A stretch of 64,000 nt of DNA from positions 1,304,001 through 1,368,000 of the forward strand of contig NC_058369.1 of NCBI RefSeq assembly GCF_018350175.1, read 5' to 3'. The first letter of the stretch is position 1; the number at the start of each line of letters is the position of its first letter. This DNA is from Felis catus. Lineage: Eukaryota. The translations under genes were made by a program, and so were the position numbers. The notes beneath the pieces were generated by a model. The model searched no databases and was not told the DNA's origin. It was given only the letters and a program-made list of their open reading frames with translations. This document shows, in pieces, positions 1-11,422 of the stretch.

Positions 1-131
1 GTTCCAGAACCAGTTGTAGCACTTGCATAAATCTGCGAACATATTACTAAACGCCCCTGAACTGCCCGCTCGAGACGGGCCGACCGTAGGAACGCGAGTC
101 CTACCCGCCCGGCCCGGCCGCCCCGACTCAC

Positions 132-552
132 CCACGTGGGTGGGAAAGAGCTCCTCGTTGTTGATCTGCACCTCGATCCAGTCCATGAGCAGGTCCATGT
201 AGCGGGGGGCCGACAGCGCCGTGGGCTTGCGGAACTGGTGCTCGTCTTGCCAGCGGTACTCGTACTTGGGGCCGCCGGACATGACCGGGCAGGACTGCTC
301 CGTGCACTCGTCGCCGATGGTGCCGTAGATGAGGTTGACGCGGTTGAAGAAGTCCACCACGTGCACGGCCACCCAGTCGCTGAGCTCCTCGCCGGGGGGC
401 AGTTGCACGGCCAGCTTCAGGTCGAGCCCCGCGTTCAGCGACGCCTGCGCCTTCTTGTGAAGCTCGAACCGCTGGGTGCCCGGCTCGAACTTGCGCTTGG
501 GCCGGAAAGTCTTGTCCTTGTTGAAAACTTGCTTCAGGAAGGGGTTGGACAT
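132..552 (-). CDS. MOB3A: MOB kinase activator 3A, first coding exon (gene continues off the left edge)
   Basis: ACCACC-ATG at 552 translates [105 protein letters not shown]...LFPTHV (Mob1 domain). It ends at donor G|gtgagt (131-126); 421 nt. Confidence 0.96.
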
Positions 553-678
553 GGTGGTTCTGTGCCCGGCCCGTGCTCCCCGGCGAGGCCTCTGCAGAGT
601 GGCCCCGGGCAGGGCGCTGCGGTCAGCCGCGGGGACGGAGGACCGGAGATTCACAGCGTCCCCGGCCTCCCCCGAGAT
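553..678 (-). other. MOB3A: MOB3A 5'UTR part of the first coding exon
   Basis: Acceptor ttctcccctttctgtgttccag|ATCTC with the AG at 680-679; no upstream ATG in this segment. Confidence 0.75.
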
Positions 679-949
679 CTGGAACACAGAAAGGGGAGAA
701 GGGTCACCTGTTTCTGGAAACCCTCTTTCAGAAGCACAAGGGGATGGATCGGGAGGCCCCGAGACTCGTGGTTTTCAGTTTCACGGAGAGGGCGCCGGTG
801 GACACAACGGTCCACAACCTCGGCAGAAGGCGCTGAGGTAAAGCCCCCGACGAGCCAGAGCTGGCGGAGCCCCCGCTGTACAGCGGGAGGGGTCGTGTGC
901 AAAGCCGCGCAGCGGCCAACGGCGACCGCAGCAGGTCAGTGGCGGCCAA

Positions 950-1110
950 GGGCGAAGGGAGGTCTCCATCCCTGGGACCTGCAAACGGACCTTATTTGGA
1001 AAAAGGTGCTTTGCGGAGGTGACTGAGCATCTCGGGACGCGCTCCTCCGGGTTATCCAGGTGTCCCTAGTCCGATGACGGTTGTCCTCGCAGAAGGACAC
1101 GCAGACACAC
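950..1110 (+). mobile_element. MLT1-type (MaLR) LTR fragment
   Basis: ccctgggacctgcaaacggaccttatttggaaaaagg..ctttgcggagg resembles the MLT1 5' half (consensus recalled, not aligned). Confidence 0.55.
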
Positions 1111-2789
1111 GGGAGAAGTCTGCATGAGGATGGAGGTCAAGGGGGGGCACCAAGGATGGCCAGCACCGCCAGGGCCAGGAGAGGGCCGGGAGCAGACGTC
1201 ACCACCCTGAGGACATGCGCAGGAACCGCGCTCCCAATGGACGGACGGGAATTCTGGGGGGACACGCTGCCCCACGGGGCCTGCCTAAGAGGCCCGGATG
1301 AGCCCGTCTGGGTCCTGTCTGTCCACGCTGGGACCAGGATGGGCGCCCACTGGCTTCTGGGGACGCGGCCCTGCCCAGGGCGGTGAGGGCCCCATCTCCC
1401 CCTACTCTTCCAGCCTCTCTCTGTGCTCCGTGTCCTGTTACCTGGGACAGGACACGCCCCACGTCAGGGAGTGGGAGAGAGCGCAATGGAGCACGTGAGG
1501 CCGGGCGCTCAGGCGGGACACAGTCACCATGCTGTGCCTGGCACTGCCCATCACCCCACACTGTCCCGGGAGCGAAGGCCGGGCTGCGATGGGGGAGGCC
1601 GGGTGCCAGAGTGGCAGGCGGGGCCGGGGTCTTGGGAGTTCACCAGACAGAAGGCGCAGAAGGGGAAGCGCGGGGAGAGGCGGAAGTGCCAGGCCCCGCC
1701 CTGCGGCCCCGCCCTGCGGCCCCGCCCTCCGTATCCCTCCTCCATTTGCTGCCTACAACTAGTAACCGCTTGCGACTTCACCGCAAATGCCCACCCCCGC
1801 CAGCTTCTCCTTTCCTTAAACTGTGGGGGGAGGGGGGGCTCATTCCTCTGACTCCACCCTCAAGACCCAGCACGTGGCTCTAGGAAAGTACCACAGCCTC
1901 AGGGCTCCTAACAGCCCAACCGTGGTATCAGAAAGTTCTAGAGGCTCCAGGTCCGAGACGGCCCTCCTGGGAGTCCTCGCCTTTCCCGGCTTCCAGGGCG
2001 GCACATCTTTGGCCATCGGCCCACATGGCTCTGGCGTCTGCTTCCCTCATCAAGCCCCCTTCTGCAGGGACCCCACTCACCCCCCAGCCCCCACGGCGGC
2101 CCCCGCAGAGAACGTGCACCACAGGCGCTACCTGTCCGGGTGCAGGGGTCCCCAGACTCTCGGAGATGAGTGCACACGGCGGCCCGGGATGCAGGGAGGG
2201 TGACCCAGACGGCGGGCTGGCAACGGGGGCACCTGGGCTCCCAGCAAACACTTAGAGCTGTCATGGCTCCACCACGGCCCGTGGCCCTCTGTTGCCGGGA
2301 CGTGGGAAAGAAGGGGCCTCCCGGGACCCTGGGCCCTGACAAGGCGCCCCCGGAGCCGGTGACTGCATTTCTGGGGCCACGTGCGGCCTGCGCACCTGCC
2401 TCGCCAGGACCGGGCCGACTCTGTGCCCGCTGTGGCCGAGCTGGGAGCCCCAGCTGAGCGGTGTGGGCCGTGTGGACTCTCGGCCACGAGACTTAAAGAG
2501 AGATTGCTCGCAGCTGAAGGGCGCCAGCACCCAAGCAGGTCCTTCTGCGGCCACCGGGGGCCAAATGGGAGGTGGCGGCAGACATGGAGGGACCCCACTG
2601 CCACCCTCCCGCGTGCTCACAGCTGCCCCACCTGGCCAGCGTCAGCCTTGTCCTCGGTGTGTCCCCAGGGCCTGCTCCCGGGGCTGAGGCAGCACCCGAC
2701 GTGCAAGAGTGTGAAGCAGGCTCCCTGCCCTGGTGAGTGGGCAGGAGACGGTGGGAAGGATAAGGGCCTCCAAAAGCGTCCCCGTCCTG

Positions 2790-3192
2790 GTTCTGTGACC
2801 GGGAACCTGTCACTTCACGTGGCAGAGAGGACCCTGTCAAGGCCCCTGAGGCAGGGTGACCCTGGGTGCCCCAGGGGCCCAGCGTCCTGGCGAGGTCCTC
2901 ACAAGAGGGAGGCAGAGAGATGGGCAGACCCCGTGCTGCTGGCCGGGAGGATGAGGAGGGGCCGCGGGCCCAGGATGCGGGGCCTCTGGAAGCCAGAAAA
3001 GGGGGGAAAGGGGGCTCCCTGGGGCCCCAGCGGGGGGCAGCCCTGCCCACGCCTCGGTGTTAGGACTTTCCAGCCCAGCCCTGCCCACTCCACTTTGAAC
3101 TCACGACCTCCAGAACTGTGAGGTGACAGAGGTGTGTGGCTCCAGGCCACGGAATCTGTGGTCACTTGCCGCAGGGGCCCCAAGAGACTCAG
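2790..3192 (+). mobile_element. MLT1C/D-type LTR, GC-shifted
   Basis: cctctggaagccagaaaagg...cagccctgccca...gacctccagaactgtgag...ggccacggaatctgtggtcacttg. Confidence 0.6.
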
Positions 3193-3664
3193 GAGCCACC
3201 AGTTAACAGGCCCTGCGGAGTTTCATAACGAGCCTGGGCACAGTGACTCGCTGCGGACGACACTGCGGCAGCCCAGCCTGGCTACCCGTGGGCCCGGGCC
3301 CTTCCTGTCTGCGGCGTGGCTGGCGAGGCCTCCCACCCTCTGCGTGGACAGGCAAAGCCCCACCACTCCTCTGGGCCCAGCTGAGCTGCGCTCAAGGCGC
3401 AGGAACCGCGCAAAACACAGAAGGTGAGCATCAGGGTCGGAAGAGCTGACCGGAGACAGCGGGGTCAGAGGGACGGAGAAACCAGCGCTCCCACGACAAC
3501 AGCCGTCACAAAGCCCGTCACCAGCGCCAGCAAGGAAAGGCAGACCGGAACCCTCGGGCCTGGCCAGTGTGCGCGTAAAAGGCAGTGACCGCTGGGGACA
3601 ACAGCCCAGCACGGGGCTACCCCGGGGCCTAGCGATGCCTCTCAGATCCACAGGCAAGAGAGGC

Positions 3665-4140
3665 GACAACACACGTGCACACGAAACATACACGCGTGTT
3701 CACGGCAGCGCAATTCATAACGTTCACCAAAAAGTGGAAACAACCCAAACGTCCATCAACAGGTGACCACATGAACCAGCTGGGTCCGCCGCGCACGTGC
3801 ACGTCCTTGGCTGTGAGCAGGAGCGAGGCGCCCACCCCCGCCACCCCGTGGACGGACCCCGAACACACGACGCTCAGAGAGGGAACCAGACACGAGAGGC
3901 CACACGGAGTGTGAGTCCGCGGGTGTGAAACATCCAGAACAGGCCCATCCAGGGACAGGAAATGGGCTCGTGGGGGCTGGGGGAGGAGTGGGGGTGACAG
4001 CTGATGGGGACCGGGTTTCCTATGGGGTGATGGAATGTTCTGGAACCAGAGGAGGTGCCTGCACAGCCTTGTGAACTGAAGACACAGGGCTGTGCGCTGT
4101 CGATGAGTGGGCGTAAGGCACGCGGATGTGATCTGAGAAA
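3665..4140 (+). mobile_element. L1MB-like LINE 3' end remnant, GC-shifted
   Basis: ccaaaaagtggaaacaacccaaacgtccatcaacaggtga...catccagaacaggc...ggaatgttctggaa. Confidence 0.7.
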
Positions 4141-6624
4141 GGGGGGGGGCACGGGCAGGCCTCTATCCGGGGCCCTAAACGACTGAAGCGTCCCTGTTCG
4201 CTCGCACCGAGGCCGGCGCGGCTTGTAACCCCCGCTCACGGGGCCCTGGAGCAGCCACCGAGAGGCACAGAGAGTAGACGGTGCCGGGACGACTGGAAGG
4301 AGGGAGGTCCCGTGATGACCCCCGGCTGGTGGCTCGAGGCGCCTGTGCTCTGACGAGGACACGGGGCGACAACGGAGAGAAGCGCGTCCGCTTCCCTCCC
4401 CAGGGCGGCCCCGGGGGCTCTGGCACCATCGACGCTCCTGGCCGCCTTGGTGGATTCGGCTTTACGGTCACCCCCAAGCAGTGCGGCACCGACAGCGGGC
4501 CGACCGGGTCTCCCCGGGGCCCTGTGGGGTGGCATCCCCGCCCCCCTGTCGTGACCAGGGTCCCCTGGGGGCCGAGTCACCTCGGGCGAGACCCTGGATT
4601 AGAAGACCACGTCTCCGTGCTGCCTGGTTAACGATTACTTAGATCTGAGTTTCCATCCCCTGGCGGCGGGTAGGGGGAGGGGCCAGAGCGGGACCCCTGG
4701 GCTGTGGGTGAAGCCACCACCCTTTCTGCCCGGCCGCGTGCCGCCACGGCGGGCCCCCTCTCGGTTATTTGGGTCTCTGCCGGCCTAACCCAAAGCCAGT
4801 GCCGGCCCCCCTCCGGGCCAGGGCCAGTCCCTCCTGCGGCCCTGTGAAGCCTGCACAGAACGGGTGTGGCCGGGCCAGCCGACCCTCCCTGGTTCCAGCG
4901 GGAGGGCCTGGGCGGTGGGAAGGTGGCGCCTCAGAGGACGGGGCGCAGCCACACCCACCCCGACCCTCTGTCAGACCGGCCGTGCGCCCTTGGTGGGCCT
5001 GTGCTGGACACGCCGGCGCGGAACCCGCTCCCCGCCTACGCCCAGTAACGCCCAAGCGGCCTGCACACCTGCCCGAGGGGTCGCACTGCAAACCTGGCCG
5101 CTCTCAGGCCCCTCTGGGGACAGGTCAAGGGACAGGAATCCCCTGTGGGCCACCTTCTGCTCCTCCGACGACGCGGCTTAGATACTTCCTCGTTCGAGGT
5201 CTGTCTTCAACCTGCAGACTCCCTTCCGCTTGAGGAGACAGGGTGGGGGTTATGTCCAGCCAGACGGGGGCCACCGCAGCCCCTCCTGTGGGTCGCCTGA
5301 TTCCCCGGCTCCTTATCCACCGCGGCTAAGCTACGCCCCGGACAGCAATCCCGGGGCAAGAGAAACACAGCCCGCCAGTGCCCTGCTGTCGCTTTTTACC
5401 TGGGGCCTCCCGTGGATGGCTCTGGGAGTTTAAGCTGAGACCCTGTCACCTGGGGACACAGGGCAGAAGCACGCCGTGTGACACGGGAGTGCGGCCTCAG
5501 GGGTACCGCAGGGCGGTGGTCTGTCTGCACGCCTTCGTGCCACGGACCAGACGCACGGGGATGGTTCTGGAAGGTGGGGCGGGGCAGGGCAGTGGGGGGC
5601 TTACGGGGCTCCTGCCTGCTTTCGGTCTCTTCTCAGGAAGCGGGAAGGTTTTTTAAGTGGAAGCAATGATTTCCTAAAAAACTTCCCTGATGGTAGAATT
5701 CCCCTCAAAAGCAAACAGCTTTCTCTCAGGAACACATGCACCCCCCTCCCGACCCCCGGACGAGGGGCGGCGGCCCCCAGAAGGTGCCTTTGCCTTGAGG
5801 GGCGGCAGGAGCCCAGGGTGCCCAGGAAGCCCCCCCACCGCCGCCCCTGGTCCCATTACCAGCTCTTCCCGGAACACCTCCGCGGTTGGCGCAGGGGAGG
5901 GTGGGGCAGGGGATTCGGTGCTAAGGGCTCCGGGGTGGGGGGGCTGTCCTGGTGCTTCCCACAGACGAGATGTGGCGGCGCTCAGAAACTTCTAGACTGA
6001 GGAAGGTAAGCCGACAAACTCCCCCGCCCCTACCCACACCCTCCTCACCCCCCCTTTTTTTCTGAAAACCAAACACAACACAGTCCCTCTAAGCACCCCC
6101 TTCCCCCTCCCCTCCCCCCCCCTCCCCCCTGGGGAAGAGGCCCAGAGCTGCGGCTGCCACTTCCTTCCGGTGCCCCCACACCCTGCCCTGGCCCTGGCCC
6201 TGACATGCTGCCGCTAAGGGGACCCTGCCCTGGAGCTGGGGCTCCAGACAAAAGAGCCCCAGCCTCAGAGGTCAGTCCCGTATGTTCCAGATCAGCAAAC
6301 CCCGGCTCCTGGCCCAGCGGCTGAGGTTCGTTCAGCTGGAAGGTGCTGGAAGCCCAGGCTCTGTCCTGTCAAAGGCCACCCCCCCCCACCCCCGGCGCTG
6401 TCTTCTCAGTGTCCCCACCGCTGGCTGAGCAGCGGGAAGGCCACCTGCCATCCTGCCGGACTCACACAAAGGTGGCCCCAGCCCCCAGCCCCCCAGGGTG
6501 CGCGGCTTTGCTGGCATCCAGCCCTCATGTCACTTCCTGCAGGAAGTGGTTTGCAGAGATCACTCCAGGCCGGGTGCCATCGAGGGGTTCTATATACTCC
6601 CGCCCTCCTGGTAGTTCTTTTATG

Positions 6625-6782
6625 TCTTAACCAATTGTGATACAGTTCACACGTAAGTAACTTAAGGTACACAATTCAACGGTTTTTAGTAAGATCATAG
6701 AAGAGTGCAATCATCACCACTAATTCCAGAACGTTCTCATCACCTCAAAAGACTGCCCATCAGCAGTCACTCCCCACCCGTC
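6625..6782 (-). mobile_element. L1MB-like 3' end fragment
   Basis: gtacacaattcaacggtttttagta...gtgcaatcatcaccactaattccagaacgttctcatcacctcaaaa. Confidence 0.65.
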
Positions 6783-7085
6783 TATCATGGGTGGAATCGT
6801 GTCCCCCCCAAACGGATGTTCAAGCCCTAACCACTGGCACCTGTGAGTGAGCCCTTGTTGGGAAACTGGAATCTTTGCAGATGTCAAGATGAAGTCATAC
6901 CGGAGAGGGTGGCCCTAAATCCAAGGACACACATCTTTATGAGAACCGGGAAATCCGGACAAACACTCGGAGAAGTCGGCCATGTGACTGTGGATGCGCC
7001 GCAAGCCGAGGGACGCCCAGGATGGCCTGTGACCCCCAGGAGCTGGGAGAGGCAGGAAGGGCCCTCCCTGGAGCTTTGAGGGGCA
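6783..7085 (+). mobile_element. MLT1C/MLT1B-type LTR
   Basis: gaatcgtgtccccccaaa..atgttcaagccctaacc..tctttgcagatgt..ggccctaaatcca..gccaagccgagggacgcc. Confidence 0.65.
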
Positions 7086-7589
7086 GATCGCAGGGCAAGT
7101 AGGGGGCGGGCCAGGGATCTGAGCCCAGGACTCCCGCGCCCACTGCCTGCGCTTCAAGGGGGTGCTGGGTGCACTGGGGCCGCTGCGGACGCCGGGCCTC
7201 TCCCGCCACAGAGGCAGATATACAAGGACTGTGACGAAACCGTGTCCCCTGGGGACAGAAAGCACAGTGTGACAGAGACCAGGGGTGGCTGTCTGCTCAG
7301 GAGCCGCGCCTCTTCCTTCTAGGCCTCCGCCTGAGGTTTCAAGGGGCCCTTTCACTGAGCAGAGGCCCGCAGGTCAGCAGGGGAAGCCGCTCCGCTCCCG
7401 TCCCCACGCAGACTCCACTAGCTGGCTGACCAAGCTTCCTTTTAACGTCAGGATGCTCAGGATGTGGACTGGACTCTGAGAAGACCCTGGTCTGAAACGG
7501 ACACAGTGCGTCCACAGCAGGCCAGGCCCATCCACTCACAGATGGCGCTCTCTCCAGGGTGCTGTGCCTAGCTCCCAGCTGTGCCAGGG

Positions 7590-7752
7590 TCTCGCCTGGG
7601 GCCGCTCCGTCTCCAGGGACAGTGGGCCATGTCTGGAGACGTCTGTGGCTGTCACGACTGGGGTGTTCCTGGCATCGAGCACGGGAGCCTGGGACGGTGC
7701 TCAGCCCCCACAGCGCCCGCGCACCCCCAGAGTGACCCAGTCACAGATGTGT
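7590..7752 (+). mobile_element. MER20 (hAT-Charlie) remnant
   Basis: ggccatgtctggagacgtctgtggctgtcacgactggggtgttcctggcatcgag. Confidence 0.65.
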
Positions 7753-8286
7753 TATTTTGAACTCAGGAGACACAGAAACGCCCGTCTCCTTCCCAGAATC
7801 GGGTTTCTGACGTTGGATTCCCCTTTTTCGCTTAAGCAATCCGGACCTCGAAATTCTAGGAAATCAGGAACGGGGCCCTCCAGCTGGGGCGTGTCTAAAA
7901 CTTCCCAGAGTAAAAGCCCAACTTCTAAGCCGGCTGCCTGGGGAATTTTTGTAAAACCCCCACCGTATGAAGTGCTGGGGAAGGGAGAACAGCGCCCGGA
8001 AGCATGATTAAAGGCTGACTTTTCACTGAGCTGTCTTGGCTTTGGGGCATTTGTACGTACGAAACAAAGAGACTTAAAACTGTTCAGAAAAGATTCGGGA
8101 ACTGCACTGGCATTTCTGAGAAGCCCCTGAGGGACTAAAATAACCACTTTTGCTTCTGCTGAGACAGAGGGAGGCGTACCTAGAATTCAACCCGTCAGGT
8201 TACTAAGGGCGTCTGGTACTCGAACACCGTGCTCAGCGGTGTGGTAACGGCGCTCTCTCCTTTACGAAAGTTCAAGTAAAAAGTAA

Positions 8287-8725
8287 GCCATCGAGCTGCA
8301 CAGAGACACGGAGGAGCCTCAGACGCACAGCACTGGGTGACAGAAGCCAGGCTGAGGAGGCGACACACGGGGTGGTTCCAAGTCCAGGATGTTCTGGACA
8401 AGGCAGGACCACAGAGGCACGGCTGCCGGGGTGGGGGAGGGTGAATGGGGGGAGCACAGGAATTTCGGGGCCGTGGGTCTACTCCGGACGACACCGTGGT
8501 GGTGGGCAGGTGTCCGTGACATTCGTCCGGACCCACAGGGTGTGCCGCACCAGGAGTGACCTTGTGTCCGCTGTGGACCGTGGTTCGTCACGTTCGGTAC
8601 TGGGTGGGGATGTCGATAATGGGGCCGCCGGTGCGTTTATGGGGAAAGGGAGTCTATGGGAATTTCCTGTACCTTCCACTCAGTTTTGTTGTGAGCCTAA
8701 AGCTGCTCTAAAAAAATAAACTCGA
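8287..8725 (+). mobile_element. L1MC-type LINE 3'UTR remnant (copy A)
   Basis: Ends ...ctgtaccttccactcagttttgttgtgagcctaaagctgctctaaaaaaataaa, a typical L1MC 3' terminus. Confidence 0.75.
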
Positions 8726-9019
8726 CTTAAAATTATGAGTAAGGTTGATTCAATTACGATCCACCCAGCATTTGGTTAAATCTTCCAATGGTTTACTCTA
8801 TTTAGGAAACACCTAAAGCCGCAGAGGACAACGAATCCTGGGAAACAGGAGTTGGATACACATCCGCGGACAGGATGTCAGAAAAAGCACTAGAAATGTG
8901 ACATCTGCCACAGGCATAGTTTCAAATTTTCCAGGAGACTCAGTGAAAAGCGAAAAAGTGAAAGGAAGCAGGTGAAGTCGCTGTTAACACCGTATGGCAT
9001 TTAGCCCCCAAATGCCAAA

Positions 9020-9197
9020 TACCATCTCGACACGTGACGGACACAAAACGTCACAGACCCATTTTGCTTTTTGTTGTTAAACAGACTTTGTCTCCAAGGC
9101 TTGTATTTGGCACGTGCGGCACACCCCAGTTTGCACGAGGTACGTTCCAAGTGCACACTGGCCACACACGGCCAGCGGCTGTGGCACGGGACAGCTC
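9020..9197 (+). mobile_element. MER3/MER33-like DNA transposon remnant
   Basis: ttgtatttggcacgtgcggcacaccccagtttgcac..gttccaagtgcacactggccacac..gccagcggct. Confidence 0.5.
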
Positions 9198-9806
9198 GGC
9201 TCTGGAGGGGTGAATGAGAGAGGAAGCCACGTGTGGGGAGACTGGAGTGATGCATGGCTGTTGTCTGAGGTGGGTGCCCCCAGCAGGGAGAGGAGGAGGC
9301 GGGCGCCCGAATGGGGCAGGGGCAGTGGGCACTTCCACTTGCTGCACCCCACTGGGAATCTGTTGATTACAGACCACCCCCAGGCGACCCCAAACACGCA
9401 GGGGTTGAGCAGTCTTGAGCGTGTCAACTCGGAAGCACGGGGGTCAGGACCTGGGGGAGACTGCAGGGCCCTGTCCTGACGTTGGCCAGGCCTGGGACCT
9501 TTGTTACCACTCCCCGCTGAACCTGTAACCAGGCCAATAGGAGCCCCCGAACTTTATGTGGGGTGGAAGGAGGCAGGAATGAGGAAGCAGCTGGCTGGGA
9601 CCATGTGTCCAGAATCAAGTCCACAACCAGAAACTGCAAGTAGACTCGCGGGGTGTGTGATAAGCAAAAGTTCACGCCCATCGTAGCTCTCCCATCCGCC
9701 GCTCTCCGGGGACCGGCCTCCCCGCCGCCCGCGTCCGCCGCTCCCCAGGGACCCGGCCTCCCCGCCGCCCGCGTCCGTCCCTCGGAGGACCCACCTGCGG
9801 TCTCAC

Positions 9807-9950
9807 GCCCCCACCGGTCGGGCGGGTGTCGCGCCTGCCCCGCGTCCGGCGTCTTCCGTCCGGTCCCCTCCGCCGCCCAGGAGGAACAGCGCCCACGGCC
9901 CGCCCCGCCGCCCCGCCCAGCCAGGTCCACTTCCGCTACCGGCCTAGGCC
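9807..9950 (-). other. MOB3A: Probable non-coding first exon of MOB3A (5' end approximate)
   Basis: Donor-like GC|gtgaga at 9806-9801 inside the CpG island, just beyond ETS/GC-box motifs, head-to-head with IZUMO4. Confidence 0.45.
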
Positions 9951-10313
9951 TCCCCGGAAGCGGAGCCGAAGGGGGCGAGGCCTAGAGCGGGGGGAGGGGA
10001 ATGCTCCCCGCCCGCCGCGGCGCTCTCTGTTGCCGGGCAACCGGAAACGGGCGGTGACGTCATTGGCCCGGGCCAGGGGCTCAAGGCCGACCGGTGGAGC
10101 TGGCGCAGTGCCAGGAGCGCGAGCGGGTCCGCGAGACAGGGCCAGCCCAGAAGGAAGAGCGTGCGCGTGCGCGTGCCGTGCGCGCGGGCATGGGGCGCGG
10201 CGTGGGGGCGGGGCCGGAGGCGGGGCCGGTGCAGCCCGTTGTCCGTTGCGCGGGCGAGGCCGGCGCTGGGGGCGTGGCGCGGGAGGCGCCGTTGGTTGGT
10301 TGGCGGGCGGGCC

Positions 10314-10527
10314 ATGGCTCTGCTGCTGTGCCTCGGCCTGACCGCGGCGCTGGCCCGCGGCTGCCTGCACTGTCACGGCAACTTCTCGGAGAAGTTCTCC
10401 TTCTACCGCCATCACGTGAATCTCAAGTCCTGGTGGGTGGGCGACATCCCCGTGTCGGGCTTGCTGCTCAGCGACTGGAGCCAGGACACGATGAAGGAGC
10501 TGCACCTGGCCATCCCCGCGGAGATCA
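10314..10527 (+). CDS. IZUMO4: IZUMO4 coding exon 1
   Basis: GCCATGG Kozak; MALLLC...LAIPAEI; A|gtgagt. Confidence 0.95.
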
Positions 10528-11381
10528 GTGAGTGCGGGGCCCCGCCCGGGCGCGCCCCCCGGCCCGGCCAGACTCCCGCCAGACCCCGGCCTGACCCCGA
10601 CCCGCGCAGCTCACCGGCCTCCCTCTCCGGCCTCCAGCCCGGGAGAAGCTGAACCAAGTGGCGAACGCCGTGTACCAGAAGATGGATCAGCTGTACCAGG
10701 GGAAGATGTATTTCCCCGGTAAGGGGGCGGGCGCCGCGCGCGCGCGGACACCGAGACAGCTCCCCTCCGCCCAGCGCCGGAGGCTGACCTCCCTCCTGCC
10801 TGCCCCCACAGGGTACTTCCCCAACGAGCTGCGAGCCATCTTTCGGGAGCAGGTGCACCTCATCCAGAATGCAATCATCGAAAGTGAGCAAAGGAAGGGC
10901 TTGGGGAGCGCCGCGGGGGTATTTCAGAAGTCCCTCCGGAGCCAGGGGCCCTGGCCAGGGGGTGGCAGAGGCTGGCGTGATAGGACTGGGGCTTCTGGCT
11001 CAGTGCAGCCGGCTCCCAACAGAGAGAAAGAAGGGCAGCTCCCCGAGGCAGGGGCCCTTCCTTCCCGTGGGCACCAGCAGGCGGCCTGGATAAACCCCAG
11101 CCCTCCCCCAGCCTGTCCCTGGAGAAGCGGCTGAGTAGGGCTGCTACCCTCCTCCCAGGCTGAGAGCCAGCCTAACCCTAGGTGAGCCTCTGGCAGGGCA
11201 AGAAGGCTGGGTCGGGGGTCGCTTGGGGGGGCTCAGTCGGTTAGGTGTCGACTTCGGCTCAGGCCATGATCTCACGGTTCAGGAGTTCGAGCCCCGCGTC
11301 TGGCTCTGTGCTGACAGCTCGGAGCCTGGAGCCTGCTTCGGGTTCTGTGTCTCCGTCTCTCTCTGTCCCTCCCCTACTTGT

Positions 11382-11422
<41 letters not shown>

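Larger units (their letters stand above)
9650..10800. promoter_or_regulatory. CpG island / bidirectional promoter of MOB3A and IZUMO4
   Basis: Very high GC and CpG density. Motifs: CCGGAAG ETS/GABP (~9954-9960), RFX X-box 10029-10041, CRE TGACGTCA 10055-10062, inverted CCAAT 10062-10066, NRF1-like TGCGCGTGCGC ~10162-10172, and GC boxes. Confidence 0.85.

Noticed and set aside
136..1026. 296-aa plus-strand ORF
   Set aside because: Antisense shadow of the GC3-rich MOB3A exon plus intron; GTG start and no family motif.
11215..11300. tRNA-like A/B boxes (also in every other SINE head)
   Set aside because: tRNA-derived Can-SINE heads, not tRNA genes.
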